From NCBI GenBank assembly GCA_965200355.1, contig OZ241351.1, positions 1,714,426 through 1,778,425 on the forward strand: a stretch of DNA of 64,000 nt. The letters run 5' to 3'. The notes under the pieces were generated by a model. It was not told the origin of the DNA, did no database searches, and saw nothing but the letters and a program-made list of their open reading frames with translations. The stretch comes from an uncultured Candidatus Binatia bacterium. Its GTDB lineage: Bacteria > Desulfobacterota > Binatia > Bin18. The position numbers were made by a program, and so were the translations under genes. Below are positions 18,906 through 28,420 of the stretch, in pieces (within the stretch, counting starts at the first letter, position 1; each line of letters begins with the position of its first letter).

Positions 18906-20072
18906 TTAGTCTCGGAGCAGCTTGCGGGCAATCACCCACCGATGGACCTCGGTCGGTCCTTCAAAAATCCGCATCGGCCGCAGGCGACGATAGATAAACT
19001 CCAGCGGCATTTCCTTGGACATGCCCATCCCGCCGTGCATCTGCATGGCCCGGTCGGCCACCCGGGTGGCCATTTCCGTGGCAAACACCTTGAGCATGGA
19101 AGCCTCCTGGCGCACATCGTCTCCCTGGTCAAATGTCCAGGCTCCGTGATGCACCATCAGCCGTGAGGCATGAATATCGGTCGCCGAGTCAGCAATGAAC
19201 CACTGAATGGCCTGGCGGTCGGCCAGCTTCTGACCAAAAGTCACACGTTGTTTGGCATACGCAACCATCATGTCCAGGCAGCGCTGGGCCAGCCCTACAC
19301 ACCAGCTCCCCATTTCCAGACGGCGGACGGTCAGGCGGAGTTGCATGGGCGCAAAGCCCTGTCCCACTTCGCCCAGCACCTGAGAATCTGGGAGGGTCAG
19401 GTCTTCAAACACCAGCTCCCAGGGCGCGTGTCCGCCGATGACCGGAATCTGGCGTTGCAGCACAAGGCCAGGGGTGCCTTTATCCACCAGAAAGGCTGTA
19501 ATCCCACCGCGCGCCCCTTTGCCCTTTTCCGTCACCGCCATGACAATAATAAAGTCGGCAATATGGGCGCGTGATATCCAGATTTTTCGCCCGTTGAGCA
19601 CCCACTGGTCCCCTCTTTTGACGGCTGAGGTTTGCATCCCGGCCGGGTCTGAGCCAGCGCCGGGTTCGGAAATGGCAATGGCCGAATGCGCCTTGCCCTG
19701 GGCATACGGGAGGAGGTATTTCTCTCGCTGCTCCGGTGTACAGGTCTGCATCAGCATGTGCAGATTGGGCGCGTCGGGCGGAAAGGTAAACGGCGTAACG
19801 GTCTTATACAGTTCCTCGGTCGCCAGACATTTCGGCAACGCCCCCAGGTTCAACCCGCCAAATTCCTCGGGCACGTCCAGCCCCCACAGGCCGGCTTCCT
19901 GGGCAACGGCCAGCAGACGTTCTTCGGCCTCGGTCGGCACCAGGTCTTCGCCCGTCATGCCTTGCGTATCGCGCTCCAGGACCGTGGTCTCCAGCGGGAG
20001 TAGTTCCTGACGCACGAAGCGGCGCACCGTCTCCTGCAACAGGCGGTATTCTTCGGGCAGCGCAAAATCCAT
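18906..20072 (-). CDS. acyl-CoA dehydrogenase
   Basis: ATG 20072 five nt after aaggagg. ACAD N-, middle and C-terminal domain motifs. Confidence 0.85.
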   Translation of the reverse strand: MDFALPEEYRLLQETVRRFVRQELLPLETTVLERDTQGMTGEDLVPTEAEERLLAVAQEAGLWGLDVPEEFGGLNLGALPKCLATEELYKTVTPFTFPPDAPNLHMLMQTCTPEQREKYLLPYAQGKAHSAIAISEPGAGSDPAGMQTSAVKRGDQWVLNGRKIWISRAHIADFIIVMAVTEKGKGARGGITAFLVDKGTPGLVLQRQIPVIGGHAPWELVFEDLTLPDSQVLGEVGQGFAPMQLRLTVRRLEMGSWCVGLAQRCLDMMVAYAKQRVTFGQKLADRQAIQWFIADSATDIHASRLMVHHGAWTFDQGDDVRQEASMLKVFATEMATRVADRAMQMHGGMGMSKEMPLEFIYRRLRPMRIFEGPTEVHRWVIARKLLRD

Positions 20073-20432
20073 ACAGCCTCCTTTCCGCACCAGACTGCCG
20101 GACAGCCTAGCAGGATCGGACGCAGAAAGGGTAGGGGTGATGGGGTATGGGTTCAGTTTCCCAGCGGTGGTCCTTGTGGACCGCCGGCCCCCTCTCCCTA
20201 ACCCTCTCCCTCCAGGGGAGAGGGAATGCGTCTCGACCGGGGCCTGCTCGACGGGGAGGGAATGCGCCTCGTAGGGGCAACCCCCCTGTGGTTGCCCAGC
20301 TTGCTGACGGCGGAAGAAACTGCCAGCATCAGGATGGGCGGGATGTGAGGATGAGCAGGATGGGAAAAAAGAAATCCAGTATATCCCTTAATCCTGAGCA
20401 TCCTGATTCCGACAGGGGGAAGAGAGCGTCAC

Positions 20433-20510
20433 ATGCTACAAGACGCATTGACCTACCAGATTATCGGCTGCGCGATGAAGGTGCCTCGTGAGAAAGCCAT
20501 GAAAGATTAT
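20433..20510 (+). pseudogene. N-terminal remnant of a GxxExxY-family (PD-ExK-like) gene
   Basis: MLQDALTYQIIGCAMKVPRE... resembles the conserved N-terminus (...IIGCAMEVH...) of that family, then runs into low-complexity sequence. Confidence 0.3.
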
Positions 20511-20517
20511 GGCCTAC

Positions 20518-21825
20518 TCAACCCAGACCGTGCTCGGCCTGCCAGGTCGCCAGGTCTGAGAGCGCCCGGTCGGCCAGGGCCTGCTTTTTCTCACGCCCCC
20601 GCAGACGCCGCGCGAGCCCAGGGAACAGCCCGTAGTTGACATTCATGGGCTGGAAATCCTTGCGCTCGGGGGCGGTCACGTAGGCCATGATTGCGCCGAG
20701 CGCGGTGGTGGGCGGGGGTGTCAACAAGGCTAGACCCTTGACCTGTCGGCCGGCGTTTCTTCCGGCCAGCCAGCCAGCCGCGGCCGACTCCAGATAGCCT
20801 TCCACGCCAACCATCTGGCCGGCAAAAAACAGGTCGTCGCGCTGCCGCAACTGCAAGGTCGGCCGCAGCAGGCGGGGCGACTCGATAAAGGTGTTGCGGT
20901 GCAGGCTGCCGAGACGCACGAACTCCGCGTTGGCCAGGCCAGGAATCGTGCGGAAAATACGGCGCTGTTCCGGGTAGGTCATCTTGGTCTGAAAGCCGAC
21001 CAGCCCCCACAGCGTTCCGGCCCGGTCGTCCTGCCGCAGTTGGACGACCGCATACGGACGTGCTCCGCTGCGCGGGTCGGTCAGACCGACGGGTTTCAGC
21101 GGACCGTAGGCCAGGGTGTCTTTGCCACGCCGGGCCATCTCCTCAATCGGCAGACAGCCCTCAAAGTAGCGACATTGCTCGAATGGTTTTTCCGGGACTT
21201 TTTCCGCGGCCAGAATGTCCGCAACGAGTTGATAGTACTCGGCTTGCGAGAGAGGACAGTTGAGATAATCATCTCCCCCGTGCCCGTAGCGCGAGGCGCG
21301 AAACGCCACCCGCGTGTCTATGGAGTCGGCTGTCACCACGGGCGAGATGGCGTCGTAGAAGTACAGATATTCGCGGCCAAACAATGTCCGCAGGTGTTCG
21401 GAGAGCGCGGGTGAGGTCAACGGACCACTGGCGATGACCGTCGGCCCGGACGGAATGGCCTGGACCTCTTCCCGTCTTACCTCAACCAGCGGATGGGCGG
21501 CCAAGGCGTCGGTAATAGTCTGGGCAAAGACCTGACGATCAACTGCCAGGGCTTGGCCAGCCGGCACCCGCGCCCGGTCGGCCGCGGCCATGACCAATGA
21601 CCCCAGACCGCGCATTTCTGCTTTCAGCAGGCCCACCGCGGCCACCAGGGCAGCACTGCGAAAGGAGTTGGAACAGACCAGCTCGGCCAGTTTGTCGGTG
21701 TGATGGGCGTCGGTGGAACGGACCGGGCGCATTTCGTATAAGCAAACAGGAACGTCCTGGCGGGCGAGCTGCCAGACCGCCTCGCTGCCGGCTAAGCCCC
21801 CGCCAATGACCGTGACTGTCTGCAT
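20518..21825 (-). CDS. trmFO: methylenetetrahydrofolate--tRNA-(uracil54-C5)-methyltransferase TrmFO
   Basis: [19 protein letters not shown]-binding N-terminus. Full-length TrmFO/Gid similarity. Confidence 0.85.
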   Translation of the reverse strand: MQTVTVIGGGLAGSEAVWQLARQDVPVCLYEMRPVRSTDAHHTDKLAELVCSNSFRSAALVAAVGLLKAEMRGLGSLVMAAADRARVPAGQALAVDRQVFAQTITDALAAHPLVEVRREEVQAIPSGPTVIASGPLTSPALSEHLRTLFGREYLYFYDAISPVVTADSIDTRVAFRASRYGHGGDDYLNCPLSQAEYYQLVADILAAEKVPEKPFEQCRYFEGCLPIEEMARRGKDTLAYGPLKPVGLTDPRSGARPYAVVQLRQDDRAGTLWGLVGFQTKMTYPEQRRIFRTIPGLANAEFVRLGSLHRNTFIESPRLLRPTLQLRQRDDLFFAGQMVGVEGYLESAAAGWLAGRNAGRQVKGLALLTPPPTTALGAIMAYVTAPERKDFQPMNVNYGLFPGLARRLRGREKKQALADRALSDLATWQAEHGLG

Positions 21826-21846
21826 CGTGCGCGTCCGGCTCCCCAA

Positions 21847-24510
21847 TCACGCGACCTGAGACAAGGCATCCGGCGTCGGGGCTCTGGCTGTACGCGGACG
21901 TTTCGTTTTTGTCCGCTCGCGGACTTCCCAGCCGCCATCCCGGTAGTGGGCGCTCCAGCCGGTGGCCTTGCCGTCCACCTCGGAGGCGACGTACTGCTCG
22001 CGACTCTTGCGCGAGAATTTGATCATGGCGGGGTGCCCCTGCGGGTCGGCCTCGGGCGCGCTTAACAGAAAGTGAAACTTGGGGTCCAACTCGGCGGCGT
22101 GGGGCTGCAACTCGGCGACCAGGGGGGCGCGGGTCTCGCGGTTCCTGGGGAACTGGCTGGCGGCGAGAAAAATGCCGGCGGCGCCATCGCGCAGCACATA
22201 GTGATCGTCAACCCTCCGGCACTTGAGTTCGGGCATGGGCACGGGGTCGGCCCGCGCCGGCACCGGCTGACCGTTGCGCAGCAGCTTGCGCGTATTGCCA
22301 CACGTGCTGTTCGTACACCGGAAGTATTTACCGAACCGGCCGCTTTGCAGCCGCATTTCCGCGCCGCATTTCTCGCAGGCCAAGACCGGCCCGTCATAGC
22401 CTTTGAGGCGGAATTCGCCAGCCTCGACCGTCTGTCCAGCGCAGTCCGGCCCGTTGCCGCACAGATGCAGCTTGCGGGCTTCGTCAATCAGATAGGAATC
22501 CATTGCAGCGTCGCAGGTGGGGCAGCGCCGTTTGGCCCGCAGACGCCGGCTTTCTCCCTCATCGTCCGCCTCCGTATCAACCGCTTCCTCTCCAGGGACG
22601 AGATTCATGGTGCGCGTACAGCGTTCCGCCGGCGGTAGCGCGTATCCCGAGCAGCCCAGAAACACCCCGGTACTGGCCGTGCGGACCTGCATCGGACGGC
22701 CGCATTCATCGCACTGGACCGCGGTTGTGATGGGCTGGTTGGGCCGCATCCCTTCCGTGGCCCCAGCGACCTGGAGCCGCTGAGAAAAATCGGCGTAGAA
22801 GGCATCCAGCACGCTGCGCCACTCGCGTTCTCCCAGCGCGATCAGGTCGAGCTCCTGCTCCATGTCTGCGGTAAACGAATAATTGAGCAGATGGCCGAAG
22901 TTCTCTACCAGCCGGTCAGTGACGAGTTCGCCGATCTTCTCTGCCTGAAAGCGCCGCTTGTTGAGACTGACATAGCCCCGTTCCTGGATAGTCGAGATAA
23001 TCGCCGCATAGGTGGACGGCCGACCAATGCCGCGCTTCTCAAGCTCACGCACCAGGCTCGCTTCGTTATAGCGGGCCGGCGGCTTGGTAAAATGCTGCAC
23101 CGTATCGGTGCCGAGGCAGACCAGCCCGTCGCCCTGGACAAAGGCCGGTAGCTCTACCTCGCCTTCCTTACGCGAGGCCGGCGGTAACACCTTGGTGAAA
23201 CCGTCAAACTTGAGAATCCGGCCACGGATACGCAACTCGAACGGTCCGGCCTCGGCGGTGATGGTGGTACTGAGGTATTGGGCGCGCGTCATCTGACAGG
23301 CGATGAACTGGCGCCGAACGAGGTCATAGAGCCGCCCGGCATCCGCGTCCTGATTGCCGAGGTCCGTCGGTTCGACGGTCAGGGCGGTTGGCCGAATCGC
23401 CTCATGCGCCTCTTGGGCGGACGCCTTGCTGGCGTAGACATTCGGCTTATCCGGCAGATAGCGCGGCCCATGCTCGCGCTCGATATAGGTGCGCACCTTG
23501 GTCACGGATTCGCGCGACAGATTGGTCGAGTCGGTCCGCATATACGTAATATGGCCGGCCTCGTATAATTGCTGGGCCAGTCGCATGGTCTTGCGCACCC
23601 CAAAGCTCAGCCGGGTAGCCGCCGCCTGTTGGAGCGTAGACGTGATGAACGGCGCGCTGGGGCGGGCCTGAGTCGGTTTGTCCTCACGGCTGAGGACGGA
23701 AAAATCCTGCCCGGCCAGCCGGGCGGCCGCGGCGATGGCCTGTTCTTCCGTCCCCGGACGAAAGTCCGCTCCGTTCTCTTTTGTGACCTGGAAGCGATAG
23801 CTCGGTTCGTCGGCGCCTTTGGCCAGCTCGGCACAGAGCTCCCAATACTCCTCGGGGACAAAGGCGCGAATCTCCCGCTCGCGTTCCACAATGAGCCGCA
23901 CCGCAACCGATTGCACCCGACCGGCCGACAGGCCCCGCGCCACCTTGGCCCACAGGAGAGGCGACAGCTCGAAGCCGACCACGCGGTCGAGAAAGCGCCG
24001 CGCCTGTTGAGCGTTGACTCGGTTTTCGTCAATGTCGCCGGGGTGCGCAAACGCATCTTGAATGGCGCTTTTGGTAATTTCGTTAAAGACCACCCGCCGA
24101 AAGCGCTCGGGTGTCCCCCCAATCAGTTGCTTCAAATGCCAGGCGATGGCCTCGCCCTCGCGGTCACGGTCCGTCGCCAGATACACCGCGTCCGCGTTGT
24201 GGGCCAGCTTCTTCAAGTCGGCAACGACCTTCTCCTTGCCGGGCAATACCTCGTAACTCGCCGCCCAGTTATTGTCGGGATCAACGCCCATACGCGCGAT
24301 CAACTGGGTCCGGGCGTTCTTGCGGCCCGCCGCCTTTTGCGTCTTTTTGGTGCGCTTGCGGGCGGTCGTCGTCTTGCGTTCGGACTTGCCGCCGGTCGGC
24401 AAGTCGCGCACATGGCCGACACTGGACTTGACCGTATAGTTGCGGCCCAAGTAGCGGTTGATCGTCCGGGCTTTGGCCGGCGATTCGACTATGACGAGGT
24501 TTTTGGCCAT
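21847..24510 (-). CDS. topA: DNA topoisomerase I
   Basis: [14 protein letters not shown]...; Toprim and topoisomerase IA core; C-terminal zinc ribbons (CxxC repeats). Confidence 0.9.
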   Translation of the reverse strand: MAKNLVIVESPAKARTINRYLGRNYTVKSSVGHVRDLPTGGKSERKTTTARKRTKKTQKAAGRKNARTQLIARMGVDPDNNWAASYEVLPGKEKVVADLKKLAHNADAVYLATDRDREGEAIAWHLKQLIGGTPERFRRVVFNEITKSAIQDAFAHPGDIDENRVNAQQARRFLDRVVGFELSPLLWAKVARGLSAGRVQSVAVRLIVEREREIRAFVPEEYWELCAELAKGADEPSYRFQVTKENGADFRPGTEEQAIAAAARLAGQDFSVLSREDKPTQARPSAPFITSTLQQAAATRLSFGVRKTMRLAQQLYEAGHITYMRTDSTNLSRESVTKVRTYIEREHGPRYLPDKPNVYASKASAQEAHEAIRPTALTVEPTDLGNQDADAGRLYDLVRRQFIACQMTRAQYLSTTITAEAGPFELRIRGRILKFDGFTKVLPPASRKEGEVELPAFVQGDGLVCLGTDTVQHFTKPPARYNEASLVRELEKRGIGRPSTYAAIISTIQERGYVSLNKRRFQAEKIGELVTDRLVENFGHLLNYSFTADMEQELDLIALGEREWRSVLDAFYADFSQRLQVAGATEGMRPNQPITTAVQCDECGRPMQVRTASTGVFLGCSGYALPPAERCTRTMNLVPGEEAVDTEADDEGESRRLRAKRRCPTCDAAMDSYLIDEARKLHLCGNGPDCAGQTVEAGEFRLKGYDGPVLACEKCGAEMRLQSGRFGKYFRCTNSTCGNTRKLLRNGQPVPARADPVPMPELKCRRVDDHYVLRDGAAGIFLAASQFPRNRETRAPLVAELQPHAAELDPKFHFLLSAPEADPQGHPAMIKFSRKSREQYVASEVDGKATGWSAHYRDGGWEVRERTKTKRPRTARAPTPDALSQVA

Positions 24511-25659
24511 ACCTCCCTCTCCCTTCTCTGGTTTTGTCCGCTGGCGGTGAAATACATGCCGGGCAGTTGCGTTACCACGCCTTTTAATTCCAGTCCAAGC
24601 AGGATTTCAAGGACCCGCGCCGGCTCAAGCCGACTGCCGGTGATGAGGGTATCCACATGCACCGCCTCGTCTGGAAATAATTGCAACACCCTCTCTTCAT
24701 CTGGCTCCAATGGCAGGCTGGGGACGCTGGTCTCGTTGCTCTCAGCGCGGTTTGGCCGCACCAGAGCCGGGGGCGATCTCACTCAGGATGTCCTCAACGC
24801 TTTCGACCAGCTTTGCGCCCTCCTTAATCAGGCGATGCGGTCCCCGGCTCCGACTTGCCGTGCCCGGGCCGGGCACGGCGAACACCTCGCGATTCTGCTC
24901 AAGCGCACATTGGGCAATCAACGAGCCGCTCTTTTCTGTCGCTTCCACCACCACCGTTCCCAGGCTGATACCGCTGATGACCCGATTGCGATAGGGAAAG
25001 TTCCCGGCCTCCGGCCGGCTGCCACAGGCAAATTCCGATACCACCGCCCCACTCTCGGCAATCTGTTCTGCTAGGGCTATATGCTCACGTGGATACATCA
25101 CGTCAAGCCCCGAGCCTAAAACGGCGACCGTTCTCCCTCCAGCTTTGAGGCTGGCTTGATGCGCCTCAGAATCAATGCCGCGGGCCAGACCGCTGACCAC
25201 GCAGACTCCACAGCCGGCCAATTCATGGGCGAGTGCACGGGCCATCTTCCGTCCGTAGGAACTCGCCGTCCGCGCGCCGACGATGGCCAGGGCCACGTTA
25301 TCTTGAGAGGTCAAACGCCCCCGGATGTAGAGAAAGGGCGGTGGGTCGTGAATCTGTCTGAGGCGTTCTGGATACTCGTCATCCGTCTGGGTGACGAGAC
25401 GGGCATTCAGGCGGGTCAGCTGCTCCAACTCGGCTTCAACGTCTTTCCACCGATCAAACGCGGCAATATCGCGGGCAATCCGAGCGCTAATGCCGGCCTC
25501 GGTGAGCCTGGCCGGCGGGGTCCGTAAAATTTTGGGCGGGGACGTAAAGCGCTCCAGCAGGTGCCGGTAGGTGACGTTGCCAACCCCCCGTACCAGACGC
25601 AGGGCGATCCAGTCCCCCCAGTCGGTCTGCGGCGTCCCTTGGTCCGCTCCGCCTTCCAT
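24489..25659 (-). CDS. dprA: DNA-processing protein DprA (Smf); apparent +1 frameshift at a G5 tract (24769-24773) separates the Rossmann core from the C-terminal winged-helix domain
   Basis: Core ...[15 protein letters not shown]...; the C-terminal ...EERVLQLF...[12 protein letters not shown]...[12 protein letters not shown] is in another frame. dprA-topA synteny is typical. Confidence 0.75.
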
Positions 25660-25783
25660 CCGTATTCGCCCTTACCAGAGGCCCCTGCCCGGTGCTTCGT
25701 TCGCGCTCATCTTCTGCTATACCTGAGTCGGTCAGGTGGTAGGTTATTTTCAAAAATCACAGCACAAGTCAAAGGAAGGCAGT

Positions 25784-25815
25784 GGTGAGGGGCGCGTTCC
25801 TGCCCGCCCCTCACC
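25784..25815 (+). promoter_or_regulatory. perfect 11-bp-stem hairpin in the argS leader, 15 nt upstream of the start codon
   Basis: ggtgaggggcg-cgttcctgcc-cgcccctcacc. Confidence 0.4.
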
Positions 25816-25830
25816 CTCATCACTCATCTC

Positions 25831-27549
25831 ATGCCAACAGTCCAACAATTTCTGGAAGAAAAAACGACTCAGGCCATTCAGGCCGCGAGTGGAACGACCG
25901 CCCCGGCGATTGTCAAACCCGCCGCCAACCCCAAATTTGGTGACTATCAGGCCAACGGCATCATGGCGGTGGCCAAGGCCCGGCGACAAAATCCGCGCCA
26001 CTTAGCCGAAGCCGTTGTGGCCCGGCTGAACCCGGACGAGATTCCCGCCCGTTGGGAGATTGCCGGACCGGGTTTTATCAATTTCCGTCTTGACCCAGAC
26101 TGGCTGGGACGCACCCTGCTCGCGCTCGCTCAAGACGCCCGGCTTGGGGTTGACCCTGCCGCCCATCCAGAAACCATAGTGATCGACTTCAGCGCCCCCA
26201 ATGTGGCCAAATCCATGCACGTGGGTCATATTCGCTCCACCATTCTGGGCGACGCACTCAGCCGGGTATTGCGTTTTCGCGGTCATACGGTGGAAACGGA
26301 CAACCATCTGGGCGACTGGGGAACGCAGTTCGGCATGTTGATTGTCGGCTATCGTGCTTTTCTTGACCAGGCCGCGTATGAGCAGGACCCCCTGGCCGAG
26401 ATGGAACGCCTCTACAAAGAGGTCCAAGCCAGGGCCACAACGGACTCGGCCCTGGCAGACCGGGCGCGGGCCGAGCTGGCCAAACTGCAACGCGGAGAGG
26501 CCGCCAATACCGTGCTGTGGAACGAATTCATGCAGGTCTCGCGCCGGGCCTTCGAGCGTATCTACGCGCGCCTGAACGTCCACTTCGATCATTGGCTCGG
26601 AGAGAGCTTTTACAATCCGCGGCTCGCCCAGGTCGTGCAAGACCTGTGCGACAAGCATCTGGCCCGTCCGAGTGAGGGCGCTATCTGTATCTTCTACGAC
26701 GAGGAGAGTGAGCTGGCGGAGACCCCCTTCCTGATTCAGAAACAGGACGGCGCTTTCCTGTACGCCACGACTGACCTGGCCACGATTCAATACCGGGCCG
26801 AGACCTTTCGACCGCAGCGCATCATCTATGTCACGGATGGTCGCCAACAGCTTCATTTTCGGCAGCTCTTTGCCGCCGCCCAAAGCTGGGGATATGGCAT
26901 GGCCCTGGAGCATGTCTGGTTCGGGACTATCCTGGGAGCGGACGGCAAGCCCATTAAAACCCGTGAGGGCCAGCCCATTAAACTCGCTGCCTTGCTGGAT
27001 GAAGCCGAGGAGCGCGCGCGGGCGATTGTCCAGGAAAAAAATCCGAGCCTGTCCGCCGCAGAACAGGCCGCTGTGGCGCGCGTCGTGGGGATTGGCGCGG
27101 TCAAATACGCCGACCTGATGCAGAACCGGACCGCGGACTACCGCTTCAGTTGGGAGAAACTCTTGGCCCTGGACGGCAACACCGCGCCGTATCTGCAATA
27201 TGCCTATGCCCGGATTCGTTCAATTTTTCGCAAAGGGGGTTTGACTGACTGGCAGCCGACTCCAGACACGCCGGTCAGACTGCTGGCCCCGGAAGAGCAA
27301 GCCCTGGCCAAGCACATGCTGCGCTTCGGCGATGTCCTGATTGAGGTGGAGCGCTCATACAAGCCCAATCTCCTGGCCAACTTCTTGTACGAATTGGCCA
27401 CACAGTTTAACCTCTTCTATCAAGCGCATTCCGTTCTCAAGGCCCCGCAGGACCGGCAGCCCACCCGTTTGTTGTTATGCGCCCTCACGGCGCGGTATTT
27501 GAAGACGGGCCTGGACCTGCTCGGCATTGAGACTGTGGAAACAATGTAG
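25831..27549 (+). CDS. argS: arginine--tRNA ligase
   Basis: HIGH motif ...SAPNVAKSMHVGHIRSTILGD. Full-length class-I ArgRS similarity ending ...ETVETM. Confidence 0.9.
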   Translation: MPTVQQFLEEKTTQAIQAASGTTAPAIVKPAANPKFGDYQANGIMAVAKARRQNPRHLAEAVVARLNPDEIPARWEIAGPGFINFRLDPDWLGRTLLALAQDARLGVDPAAHPETIVIDFSAPNVAKSMHVGHIRSTILGDALSRVLRFRGHTVETDNHLGDWGTQFGMLIVGYRAFLDQAAYEQDPLAEMERLYKEVQARATTDSALADRARAELAKLQRGEAANTVLWNEFMQVSRRAFERIYARLNVHFDHWLGESFYNPRLAQVVQDLCDKHLARPSEGAICIFYDEESELAETPFLIQKQDGAFLYATTDLATIQYRAETFRPQRIIYVTDGRQQLHFRQLFAAAQSWGYGMALEHVWFGTILGADGKPIKTREGQPIKLAALLDEAEERARAIVQEKNPSLSAAEQAAVARVVGIGAVKYADLMQNRTADYRFSWEKLLALDGNTAPYLQYAYARIRSIFRKGGLTDWQPTPDTPVRLLAPEEQALAKHMLRFGDVLIEVERSYKPNLLANFLYELATQFNLFYQAHSVLKAPQDRQPTRLLLCALTARYLKTGLDLLGIETVETM

Positions 27550-27576
27550 AGAGCAAAACAACCCAAGGAGCGTTCT

Positions 27577-28401
27577 ATGGCCGAAACACGCCGAACAGCA
27601 GGTCAGGTCTCGATTGCGTACGATATTGCCGGCAGCGGTCCGGTCGTTGTTTTCCTGCACGGCATTGGCGGCAATCGACACAACTGGACCGATCAACTGG
27701 CCCATTTTGGGCGGCGGTTTTGCGCTGTGGCCTGGGACGCGCGGGGCTATCTCGACAGCGACGACTCTCCCCAGCCGCTCCGTTTCAGCGATTTTGCCGA
27801 TGACCTGTGCCGGCTCCTGGACCGCATCAACGCCGAGCGGGCCCACTTGGTCGGACTGTCTATGGGCGGCATGATTATCCAGGATTTCTATGGGCGCTAT
27901 GCCGACCGAGTTGCCACCCTCTCCCTGGTGGATACCTCGTCCGGTTTCGGCGGGGTGCCTGAGGCCGTCCGGCAGGATTTTCTCGCCCGCCGACTTGACC
28001 CCCTGGAAAACGGCCTCACTCCGGCGGACATTGCGCCGGAGGTGGTCAAGGTCCTGGTTGCCGAAAGCGCCGGGCCAGCCGTACGTGAGCGGCTGGTCGC
28101 CTCCATGTCCGCCCTGCGCCCAAAGGCGTATATACAGGCCCTGCACGCCATTGTGACCGCCGATTTCCGCGCCGTCCTGCCGCAGATTGCGGTGCCGACC
28201 CTGGTTATTGTGGGGGAAGAGGATCAGGTCACTCCGCCTTCGGCCTCGGAGTTCCTGGTGCAACACATTCCCGGCGCCGCGCTGGTGACCATCCCGGACT
28301 GTGGGCATCTGTCGAATCTCGAAAAGCCCGCCCGGTTCAATGCGGCCCTTGGGGCGTTTCTGGACCAACACGCCGGACGGGCTTCGACCGTCACCAGCTA
28401 A
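27577..28401 (+). CDS. alpha/beta-fold hydrolase
   Basis: VVFLHGIGGN...GLSMGGMI nucleophile elbow. Confidence 0.75.
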   Translation: MAETRRTAGQVSIAYDIAGSGPVVVFLHGIGGNRHNWTDQLAHFGRRFCAVAWDARGYLDSDDSPQPLRFSDFADDLCRLLDRINAERAHLVGLSMGGMIIQDFYGRYADRVATLSLVDTSSGFGGVPEAVRQDFLARRLDPLENGLTPADIAPEVVKVLVAESAGPAVRERLVASMSALRPKAYIQALHAIVTADFRAVLPQIAVPTLVIVGEEDQVTPPSASEFLVQHIPGAALVTIPDCGHLSNLEKPARFNAALGAFLDQHAGRASTVTS

Positions 28402-28420
28402 GCGCAACCGGCAGGGCTGT

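Noticed and set aside
20147-20491. 114-aa plus-strand and 67-aa minus-strand ORFs in the trmFO/ACAD intergenic region
   Set aside because: They lie inside a repeat-rich, low-complexity region and give P/G/R-rich translations. Only the short GxxExxY-like N-terminal fragment has any family resemblance.
23569-25074. 501-aa plus-strand ORF
   Set aside because: Antisense to topA/dprA, both strongly supported. Low-complexity composition.
26002-27198. 398-aa minus-strand ORF
   Set aside because: Antisense shadow of argS.
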